A DNA stretch of 32,000 nucleotides from an uncultured Actinomycetes bacterium (lineage in GTDB: Bacteria; Actinomycetota; Actinomycetes; S36-B12; CAIYMF01). The stretch lies in the NCBI GenBank assembly GCA_963843975.1, contig CAWJMG010000001.1:240001-272000 (forward strand). The letters are read 5' to 3'. A program made the position numbers and the translations under genes. This document shows, piece by piece, positions 16,944 to 25,981 of the stretch (the first letter of the stretch is position 1; every line of letters begins with the position of its first letter). The notes under the pieces are model-generated. The model did not search any database and was not told the origin of the DNA. It saw only the letters and a list, made by a program, of their open reading frames with translations.

Positions 16944-17537
16944 CTAGCCGTTGCGGCCCTCGCCGGCTTCGCGGGCTGCGGCCTCGAGCCGCTCGCGGTA
17001 GGCGACCCAGGCAGCCGGCGCGAGCGAGGGCAGGTTGTCGTGCTCGCGGCGGAAGCCAGCTGCGCCGTCGATGAGCTCGCGGACGACGTCGGCATGCCCG
17101 GCGTGCCGGTGCGTCTCGGCGGTCACGTGCACGAGCATCCGGTGCAGGGTCACCTGGCCGTCGTTCCACCAGGGCACGGTGCCGACGGCGTCCCACGGGA
17201 GCGCGGCGATCGTCGCGTCGGCGTGCGCGCATGCGCGCTCGTACAGCCCGACGACGTCCTCACGCGACTCCTCGGGAGTGGCCCACATGTCGGCGTTGGG
17301 CTCGGCGTCGTCGTCCCACCAGGGCAGCGGCTCGGCGAACGGCCGCCCGAACACGCGGCCGAAGTACCACGCCTCGACGATCGCCAGGTGCTTCACCAGC
17401 CCGAGGAGGTTGGTGCCCGTCGGCACGAGCGGGCGGCGCACGTCGTACTCCGAAAGCCCGTCGAGCTTCCAGAGCAGCGAGTCGCGTCCGGCCTTCAGGT
17501 AGCCGTGCAGGTCGTCCTTCACCACGTCGGAGTCCAT
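16944..17537 (-). CDS. DinB / DUF664 family protein, second copy, 197 aa
   Basis: Motifs LLGLVKHLAIVEAWYF and VTAETHRHAGHADVVRE. Confidence 0.8.
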   Translation of the reverse strand: MDSDVVKDDLHGYLKAGRDSLLWKLDGLSEYDVRRPLVPTGTNLLGLVKHLAIVEAWYFGRVFGRPFAEPLPWWDDDAEPNADMWATPEESREDVVGLYERACAHADATIAALPWDAVGTVPWWNDGQVTLHRMLVHVTAETHRHAGHADVVRELIDGAAGFRREHDNLPSLAPAAWVAYRERLEAAAREAGEGRNG

Positions 17538-17567
17538 CCGACGATCCTGCCTCCCTCCCTACGATTT

Positions 17568-17607
17568 GGTAGTGCTAAAGCGTCATGCGTGACGCCCTAG
17601 CACTACC
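17568..17607 (-). terminator. nested GC/AT hairpin immediately downstream of hutH (candidate intrinsic terminator or processing/regulatory stem-loop)
   Basis: GGTAGTGCTA aa GCGTCA tgcg TGACGC cc TAGCACTACC, i.e. a perfect 10-bp outer stem plus a 6-bp inner stem. It sits 9 nt after the hutH stop. No U-tract follows. Confidence 0.5.
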
Positions 17608-17615
17608 GAATCGGG

Positions 17616-19160
17616 TCAGGGGAGGGTCAGTCCGGCGGCGGTCACGGCGCGGGCGACGCCTCCCGCCTTCACAAACGTCTCGGCGGCCTCGAGCTCTGGG
17701 GCGAGGTGCCGGTCGGTGCCCGGGCCCTCGACGGTCTCGCGCAGCGCCGCAACCACGGCTCCCGTGACGGGCGACGGCGTCAGCGGTGCACGAAGGTCGA
17801 GGCCGCGCGCCGATGCGACGAGCTCGACGGCGAGGATCCGGCGCAGGTTGTCGACCGAGTGGCGCAGCTTGCGCGCCGCCGACCACCCCATCGACACGTG
17901 GTCCTCCTGCATCGCCGAGCTCGGGATCGAGTCGACCGAGGCCGGGTTGGCGAGGCGCTTGTTCTCCGACACCAGCGCGGCCTGGGTGTACTGCGCGATC
18001 ATCAGGCCCGAGTCGACGCCGGGGTCGTCGGCGAGGAACGGCGGCAGGCCGTGGCTGCGCGCCTTGTCGAGGAGCCGGTCGGTACGCCGCTCCGCGATCG
18101 AGCCGAGGTCGGCGGCGACGATCGCGAGGAAGTCGAGCACGTACGCCACAGGCGCACCGTGGAAGTTGCCGTTGGACTCCACCCGGCCGTCGGGGAGCAC
18201 GACGGGGTTGTCGACCGAGGCCGCGAGCTCGCGCTCGGCCACCACCCGCGCGTACGCCACGGTGTCGCGCACGGCGCCGGCCACCTGCGGGGCGCAGCGC
18301 AACGAGTAGGCGTCCTGAACGCGGGTGTCGTCGACCTTGTGCGACTCGACGATGCCCGAGCCGTCGAGCGCCGCGAGCATGCGCGCGGCGGAGCGTGCCT
18401 GGCCCGGGTGCGGGCGCAGCGGCCCGTGCAGCTCGGGCCTGAAGACGGCGTCGGTGCCGAGGAGCGCCTCGACCGACATCGCAGCCGTGACGTCGGCGAC
18501 GTCGCACAGCTCCTCGAGGTCGACGATCGCCATGCACAGCATCCCGAGCATGCCGTCGGTGCCGTTGATGAGGGCGAGCCCCTCCTTGGCCTCGAGCACG
18601 ACCGGCGTGATGCCCGCAGCGGCGAGGAGATCCGCCGACGGCGCCTCGACGCCGTCCGGGCCGAACGCCGTCCCCTCGCCCATCAGCACGAGGGCGCAGT
18701 GCGACAGCGGTGCGAGGTCGCCGCTGCAGCCGAGCGAGCCGTACTCCAGCACCTTCGGCGTGATCCCGGCGTTGAGCAGCGCCGCCATCGTCTCCACGAC
18801 CACCGGCCGCACGCCCGTGCGACCCGAGGCCAGGGTCTTGAGCCGCAGGAAGATCAGCGCGCGCACGACCTCGCGCTCGACGGGCGCGCCCATGCCCGCG
18901 GCGTGCGAGCGGATCAGCGAGCGCTGCAGCTGCGTGCGCAGCTCGGGCGAGATGTGCCGGGTCGCCAGCGCGCCGAACCCGGTCGAGATGCCGTACTTCG
19001 GCTCGGCGGACGCCGCGAGCACCTCGATGCGCTCACGCGTGGCGGCGACGCCGGCCAGCGCGTTCGCGGTCAGCTCGACCCGCGCGTTGCCGCGGGCCAC
19101 GGCGATCACGTCGTCGACGTGCACGCCGTGGTCGTCGAGGTGGACGACGAGCTCGCTCAT
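17616..19160 (-). CDS. hutH: histidine ammonia-lyase, 514 aa
   Basis: ATG at 19160. YGISTGFGALA, GSLGCSGDLAPLSH (MIO region) and QEDHVSMG motifs. Confidence 0.95.
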   Translation of the reverse strand: MSELVVHLDDHGVHVDDVIAVARGNARVELTANALAGVAATRERIEVLAASAEPKYGISTGFGALATRHISPELRTQLQRSLIRSHAAGMGAPVEREVVRALIFLRLKTLASGRTGVRPVVVETMAALLNAGITPKVLEYGSLGCSGDLAPLSHCALVLMGEGTAFGPDGVEAPSADLLAAAGITPVVLEAKEGLALINGTDGMLGMLCMAIVDLEELCDVADVTAAMSVEALLGTDAVFRPELHGPLRPHPGQARSAARMLAALDGSGIVESHKVDDTRVQDAYSLRCAPQVAGAVRDTVAYARVVAERELAASVDNPVVLPDGRVESNGNFHGAPVAYVLDFLAIVAADLGSIAERRTDRLLDKARSHGLPPFLADDPGVDSGLMIAQYTQAALVSENKRLANPASVDSIPSSAMQEDHVSMGWSAARKLRHSVDNLRRILAVELVASARGLDLRAPLTPSPVTGAVVAALRETVEGPGTDRHLAPELEAAETFVKAGGVARAVTAAGLTLP

Positions 19161-19188
19161 GGAATCTCCCGAGTAGGTGGTGCGGCGA

Positions 19189-20361
19189 TCAGGACGAGTG
19201 GACGACGGAGCCGCCGCGTACGACGGTGCGCACGAGCGGGACGCCGGGGCGGTACGCGAGGTGGAGGTGCGAGGGGGCGTCGAGCACGACCAGGTCGCCG
19301 CGCGCACCGACCCCGAGGTGGCCGACATCGGTACGCCGCAGCGCCGCGGCACCCCCGGCGGTGGCCGACCAAACGGCCTCCGCCGGCGTCATCCGCATGT
19401 CGCGCACGGCTACGGCGATGCAGAACGGGATCGACGTCGTGTACGACGACCCCGGGTTGCAGTCCGCGGCGAGCGCGACGGTGACGCCGGCGTCGAGCAG
19501 GCGGCGGGCGTCGGGGTACGGCGACCGCGTGGAGAACTCCGCGCCCGGCAGCAGCGTGGCCACGGTCGCGGAGTCGCGCAGCGCCGAGACGTCGGCATCC
19601 GACAGGTGCGTGCAGTGGTCGGCCGAGGCTGCGCCGAGCTCGACCGCGAGCTGCACTCCCCCGCCCGCCTCGAGCTGGTTGGCGTGCACGCGCGGCAGGA
19701 GGCCGCGCGCCATCCCGGCGGTGAGGATCTCGCGCGTCTCGTCGACGTCGAATGCACCCCGGTCGCAGAACACGTCGATCCATCGCGCGTGCGGCGCGCA
19801 GGCGTCGAGCATCGCGCCGGTGACGAGCGCGACGTACGCCGCACGGTCGTCGGCGTACTCGGCCGGGACGACGTGCGCCCCGAGGTACGTCACCTCGTCG
19901 ACGTGCTGCGCCGCGATCTCCAGCGACCGCGCCTCGTCGTCGACCGACAGGCCGTAGCCGCCCTTGCACTCGATCGTGGTGGTGCCGCTGCGAACGGACT
20001 CGGCCACGAGCCGCGCGACGTTCGCCGACAGCTCGTCGTCGGACGCCGCCCGCGTGGCCCGCACGGTCGAGGCGATGCCGCCCGCGGTGTACGGCGAGCC
20101 CGACATGCGCGCGGAGAACTCCTCGGCCCGGTCGCCGGCGAACACCAGGTGCGCGTGCGAGTCGACGAAGCCGGGGATCACCGCACCGCCGCGCGAGTCG
20201 ACGACCGCGGACACGTCGGCGTGCGGGTCGCGCCCGGACTCGCCGACCCAGGCGACGACGCCGTCCACCACCAGCACCGCGGCGTCGCGCACGATCCCGA
20301 GCGGACCCGCACCGAGGGAGGCGTCGTTCGTGACGAGCTCGCCGACGTTCTCGATGAGCAC
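19189..20361 (-). CDS. hutI: imidazolonepropionase, 390 aa
   Basis: GTG start. Amidohydrolase metal ligands [12 protein letters not shown], plus HADQ-like HANQL and DCNPGSS motifs. Confidence 0.95.
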   Translation of the reverse strand: MLIENVGELVTNDASLGAGPLGIVRDAAVLVVDGVVAWVGESGRDPHADVSAVVDSRGGAVIPGFVDSHAHLVFAGDRAEEFSARMSGSPYTAGGIASTVRATRAASDDELSANVARLVAESVRSGTTTIECKGGYGLSVDDEARSLEIAAQHVDEVTYLGAHVVPAEYADDRAAYVALVTGAMLDACAPHARWIDVFCDRGAFDVDETREILTAGMARGLLPRVHANQLEAGGGVQLAVELGAASADHCTHLSDADVSALRDSATVATLLPGAEFSTRSPYPDARRLLDAGVTVALAADCNPGSSYTTSIPFCIAVAVRDMRMTPAEAVWSATAGGAAALRRTDVGHLGVGARGDLVVLDAPSHLHLAYRPGVPLVRTVVRGGSVVHSS

Positions 20362-20399
20362 CGAGCCGGAGAAGCTGGGCCTTCGAGGACGCCGTCACG

Positions 20400-22073
<1,674 letters not shown>

Positions 22074-22157
22074 CGACTTCTCCTTGTTGGAGCACGGCGG
22101 GACCCGAGCAGTGTGGGGCCGTGCGCGCCCCCGCCGCAGCGACCTGGGGGCAGGTAG

Positions 22158-22175
22158 TGTCTGGTATCCCAGACA
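22158..22175. promoter_or_regulatory. palindromic operator candidate TGTCTGG-tatc-CCAGACA in the hutU / IclR divergent region
   Basis: Perfect 7-bp inverted repeat with a 4-nt spacer. Located 26 nt upstream of the IclR ATG and about 85 nt upstream of the hutU ATG. Confidence 0.55.
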
Positions 22176-22200
22176 TGCCGACCATGCAGGAGATTCGCCG

Positions 22201-22968
22201 ATGGCAGGGGTCCCGGCCGCACGCCAGACGCTCGCGATCCTCACGCACCTCGCCTCGCGTCCCGGCCCTGTCGGCGCGTCCGCGATCGCGCGCGAGCTCG
22301 GGCTGCCCCGCTCGACGACGTACCACCTGCTCACCGAGCTCGCGGCCGCCGACTTCGTCGTCCACCTGCCGGAGGACCGCGCGTACGGTCTCGGCGTCGC
22401 CGCGTTCGAGGTGGGTTCGGCGTACCTGCGGCACGACCCGCTCGAGCGTCTCGCGCGGCCGCTGCTCGCACGGCTCGTCGCGCAGACCGGCCTGACCGCG
22501 CAGCTCGGCATCCTGCAGGGCGCCGAGACCGTCTACCTGCTCAAGGAGCAGCCGCCGAACGCCGTCACGCTCGTCACCGACGTCGGCGTGCGCCTGCCCG
22601 CGCACCTCACCGCCAGCGGGCGCGCGATGCTCGCCCACCTGCCGGCCGCGCACGTGCGGGCACAGCTGCCGTCGGCCGCCGCGTTCACGACCCGCACCGG
22701 CCGCGGCCCGGCGAGCCTGCGCGCCCTACGCGACGTGCTCGGTGCCGAGCGGCGACGCGGCTGGGCGTCGGAGGACGGCGAGGTGTCCGAGGGCCTCGCC
22801 TCGGTCGCGGCCGCGGTGTTCGACCACGGCGGCCGTCCCGTCGCGGCGGTCGCACTGACGTTCCCCGCCGGCACCGACGACCGCACCCGAGCGCGGTTGG
22901 GGCCTGCGGCGGTCGCGGCGGCCGACGCCGTGTCCGCGCGCATCAGCGGCCGACGTCCAGTGGGGTGA
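22201..22968 (+). CDS. IclR-family transcriptional regulator, likely hut regulator (HutR-like), 255 aa
   Basis: ATG at 22201. N-terminal w[44 protein letters not shown] and a C-terminal IclR effector domain. Divergent from hutU. Confidence 0.8.
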   Translation: MAGVPAARQTLAILTHLASRPGPVGASAIARELGLPRSTTYHLLTELAAADFVVHLPEDRAYGLGVAAFEVGSAYLRHDPLERLARPLLARLVAQTGLTAQLGILQGAETVYLLKEQPPNAVTLVTDVGVRLPAHLTASGRAMLAHLPAAHVRAQLPSAAAFTTRTGRGPASLRALRDVLGAERRRGWASEDGEVSEGLASVAAAVFDHGGRPVAAVALTFPAGTDDRTRARLGPAAVAAADAVSARISGRRPVG

Positions 22969-22969
22969 C

Positions 22970-22997
22970 CTCGGCTCCGGAACGCACCGGAGCCGAG
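22970..22997 (+). terminator. hairpin directly after the IclR stop codon
   Basis: CTCGGCTCCGG aacgca CCGGAGCCGAG, a perfect 11-bp stem with a 6-nt loop. No U-tract follows. Confidence 0.5.
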
Positions 22998-23141
22998 AAG
23001 CCACGGAGAGTCGCCTGTTCACCCGATCGGGTGATGGGTGGACCGCCAGATCATCCGAACGGATGACCCCCTGAGCCGTAACACCCGACCGCGGCGTCGC
23101 CCCGCGTAGCGGGACACTGGTGGGGACCCTGGGAGGACTCG

Positions 23142-23729
23142 ATGAGCACGACTCGACGACGCACGCTGCTCGGGCGCGGCCGTCACGACGGCGGTGCCTC
23201 CGCGGTCGAGTACGCCCTGATCCTGGCCGGCGTCGCGATCCTCAGCATCGGCGCGATCTTCGCCCTGGGCCGCACCGCCAAGACCGCGTTCACCAACGCG
23301 ACCTCGGTCGTCTCGACCCAGCCGGCCGGTGTCCTGCCCGTCGTGCCCGACACCACGAGCCCCGCACCCGTCACCACGAGCCCCGCCCCGACGCCCACGA
23401 CGACGGCGCCGACCCCCACGCCGACGCCCACGACACCGAGGCCGACCCCGACACCCACCACGACGAACTCGCCGCGTACGGCGACCATCAACGGGACGGG
23501 CTCGGACACGATCTACGACCTGAACCTGCCGAGGAACTCGAACCTCAGCAACACGACCGCCACGATGAACCCCGATCTCGGGACGCTGACGTGGCAGGGC
23601 GACCAGCTGGTGCTCAACCCCGACAACAACCTGCAGAACAACCGCACGTTCACCACGACGGTGACCTACACGTACACGCTCAACGGCGTGAACTACACCG
23701 GCACCATCACGGTCACCGTCCGCACCTGA
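23142..23729 (+). CDS. Flp-type (type IVb/Tad) prepilin with Pro/Thr linker and beta-rich C-terminal domain, 195 aa
   Basis: ATG 6 nt after GGGAGG. Basic leader, then G-ASAV-EY (the Flp G/XXXXEY processing motif) and the hydrophobic helix ALILAGVAILSIGAIFAL. A PT-rich linker follows, then an Asn/Thr/Tyr-rich domain ending TVTYTYTLNGVNYTGTITVTVRT. Confidence 0.65.
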   Translation: MSTTRRRTLLGRGRHDGGASAVEYALILAGVAILSIGAIFALGRTAKTAFTNATSVVSTQPAGVLPVVPDTTSPAPVTTSPAPTPTTTAPTPTPTPTTPRPTPTPTTTNSPRTATINGTGSDTIYDLNLPRNSNLSNTTATMNPDLGTLTWQGDQLVLNPDNNLQNNRTFTTTVTYTYTLNGVNYTGTITVTVRT

Positions 23730-23736
23730 ACCGGGC

Positions 23737-24951
23737 TCACACCGCCGCGGGCGCCTCGGCCTTCATCGGGCGCAGACCGCTCGCGATCGGCTCGACGTAC
23801 CGCCTGATGGCCAGCGCCGCCGCGGCACCCTCGCCCGCCGCGCTCGCTGCCTGCTTGGTCGAGCCGCTGCGCACGTCCCCGGCCACGAAGATCCCGGGCT
23901 GGCTCGTGGACATGCCCACGTCCGACACGACGAAGCCGATCTCGTCGACCTCGACGAGGTCGCGCACAAGGCTGCTGTTGGGCGACAGGCCGATGAAGAC
24001 GAACGCGCCGTCGGCGACGATCACGTCGCGGGCACCGTCACGCTCGACCACGAGCCCGGAGAAGCGGCCATCGGCCTGCTCGAACCCGACCGGCGTCGCG
24101 TTGGTGACGACGTCGATGTCGTCGTGCTCGAGCACCTTCTGGACCACCACGGCACTGGCCGACAGCCCCGAGTCGCGGGTCACGATCGTCACGTGCTCGG
24201 CGAACTTGGTGAGGAACAGGCTCTCCTCCCCCGCGCTGTTGCCGCCGCCGATCACGACCACCTTCTTGCCGCGGTAGAACGCGCCGTCGCAGGTCGCGCA
24301 GAAGTGCACGCCCGCACCGATGAGCTCGTCCTCTCCGTCGATGCCGAGCCTCCGGTACGTCGACCCCAGCGCGAGCAGCACCGCGTACGCCGAGTAGCTC
24401 GCGCCGTCCGCGGTCGACACCGTGCGGTAGGGGCCGTCGACCCCGACGGCCGAGACCTCCTGCGCGGACAGGATCTCGACGCCGAACTTCTCCGCCTGTG
24501 CGCGCAGCCGGCCGGCGAAGTCAGCGCCGGTGACGCCCTCGGGGAACCCGGGGAAGTTGTCGAGCAGCTCGGTGATGCCCGCCTGGCCGCCGATGCCGCC
24601 GCGCTCGACGACCAGCACGTCCATGCCCTCGCGGGCGGCGTAGAGGGCAGCGGTCAGCCCGGCCGGGCCGGAGCCGACGACGATCAGGTCGTAGAACGAC
24701 CGCTCGGCGCGGGTCTGCAGGCCGAGGGTCGCAGCGAGCTCGGCGTTGCTCGGCTCGACGAGCACCGTGCCGTCATCGAAGAGGATGGTCGGGATGATGT
24801 CCTTGCCGCCGTTGTGCTCCTGCACGACGGCACGGCCCTCGGCGTCCGAGTCGACGTCCACGAAGTCGTAGGGCACACGCTGCTCGGCGAAGAACTGCTT
24901 GGCGCGCTTGCAGTCCGAGCACCAGGCGGTGCCGTACATGCGGATGGTCAT
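23737..24951 (-). CDS. glutaredoxin-like domain fused to thioredoxin-disulfide reductase, 404 aa
   Basis: N-terminus MYGTAWCSDCKRAKQFF (CxxC Grx/NrdH-like fold). Then FAD motif VGSGPAG, redox-active CATCDG and NADPH motif GGGNSAGEE. ATG preceded by AGGAG. Confidence 0.85.
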   Translation of the reverse strand: MTIRMYGTAWCSDCKRAKQFFAEQRVPYDFVDVDSDAEGRAVVQEHNGGKDIIPTILFDDGTVLVEPSNAELAATLGLQTRAERSFYDLIVVGSGPAGLTAALYAAREGMDVLVVERGGIGGQAGITELLDNFPGFPEGVTGADFAGRLRAQAEKFGVEILSAQEVSAVGVDGPYRTVSTADGASYSAYAVLLALGSTYRRLGIDGEDELIGAGVHFCATCDGAFYRGKKVVVIGGGNSAGEESLFLTKFAEHVTIVTRDSGLSASAVVVQKVLEHDDIDVVTNATPVGFEQADGRFSGLVVERDGARDVIVADGAFVFIGLSPNSSLVRDLVEVDEIGFVVSDVGMSTSQPGIFVAGDVRSGSTKQAASAAGEGAAAALAIRRYVEPIASGLRPMKAEAPAAV

Positions 24952-25026
24952 CGTCGCTCCTGCTTTTCGGGGGTGAGACGAGTCTGCTGCACCGCGGGCC
25001 GCCGGAGGGCCGGATGGACCGATACG

Positions 25027-25923
25027 TCAGCCGTCCGTAAGGACCGCTCCCTGGCCGCCCGCGTCGCGCCACGAGTGCTCGGGCTCGTAGCCGAGCACCC
25101 GCCGCGCCTTGTCGATCGACAGCAGGCTCTCCGTCCCAGGCACCGGCCGACGGAGGGGGACGTCGGGGAACACCTCGGCCGCGAGCTCCTCGCTCGACCG
25201 CTCCATCACCGTGTCGGCGTTGGCGATCACGAACACGTCGTACCCCGCGGCGTCGAGGTGCAGCGCCCGGCGCACCGCCTGGGCGCCGTCCCGCGCGTCG
25301 ATGTAGCCCCACGCGTTCCAGGCACGCAGCGACGGGTCGTCCTGCCACGAGGGGAAGGCGGCGTAGTCGGCCGGCTCCATGACGTTCGAGAAGCGCAGGC
25401 AGATCACCTTCGCGTCGGCGTCCCAGCGGCAGAAGTGGTGGGCCATCTCCTCGTCGACGGCCTTGCCGAGCGAATAGCTCGACGCCGGGAGCACCCGGTA
25501 GTCCTCGTCCACCGGCAGGTACGGCAGCCCGGCCTCGGGGAACGGGATCCCGAGCACCGTCTCGCTCGAGGCGAGCACGACGTTGCGGATGCCGGCGACC
25601 CTTGCCGCCTCGAGCACGTGGTAGGTGCCGAGCACGTTGTTGGCGAACGTCGTCGCGTTCGGCGCGAGGCCGGGAGCCGGGATCGCCGCGAGGTGCACCA
25701 CGGCGTCCACGGCGTCGTGCCGGTCGTCGAGCCGGGTCAGAGCACCGAGCACCTGGCCGTAGTCGGTCAGGTCAACGGCGGTCACGGTGACCCCGTCGGG
25801 TGCGGCGGCGTACGGCGAGGTCGCACGGTCGAGCACGGTGACCCGCCAGCCGTCGGCGACGAGGTCGCGCACCACGGCGCGCCCGAGCTTGCCGTTGCCG
25901 CCGGTGACCACGACGTGCGCCAT
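25027..25923 (-). CDS. NAD-dependent epimerase/dehydratase (extended SDR) family protein, 298 aa
   Basis: VTGGNGKLG Rossmann motif and YSLGK catalytic YxxxK. GGAAGG lies upstream of the ATG. Confidence 0.85.
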   Translation of the reverse strand: MAHVVVTGGNGKLGRAVVRDLVADGWRVTVLDRATSPYAAAPDGVTVTAVDLTDYGQVLGALTRLDDRHDAVDAVVHLAAIPAPGLAPNATTFANNVLGTYHVLEAARVAGIRNVVLASSETVLGIPFPEAGLPYLPVDEDYRVLPASSYSLGKAVDEEMAHHFCRWDADAKVICLRFSNVMEPADYAAFPSWQDDPSLRAWNAWGYIDARDGAQAVRRALHLDAAGYDVFVIANADTVMERSSEELAAEVFPDVPLRRPVPGTESLLSIDKARRVLGYEPEHSWRDAGGQGAVLTDG

Positions 25924-25981
25924 GACAGGACCTTCCCTCGAGCCTCGCCGTCGGTGCTCCGTCGGTGCTCCTCACCATGCC

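Noticed and set aside
23340-23470. Repetitive DNA (caccacgagccccgc repeated; ccgac/ccacg runs) that could be mistaken for a tandem-repeat locus.
   Set aside because: It encodes the Pro/Thr linker (TTSPAP repeats, TPTPTP) of the Flp-like protein. It is in frame and part of the CDS.
23120-24277. 385-aa plus-strand ORF spanning the Flp-like gene and the antisense of the TrxR fusion.
   Set aside because: It is out of frame with the well-supported Flp-like ORF and antisense to a gene with unambiguous TrxR motifs. Its composition (His/Asp/Arg/Pro runs) is typical of shadow frames.
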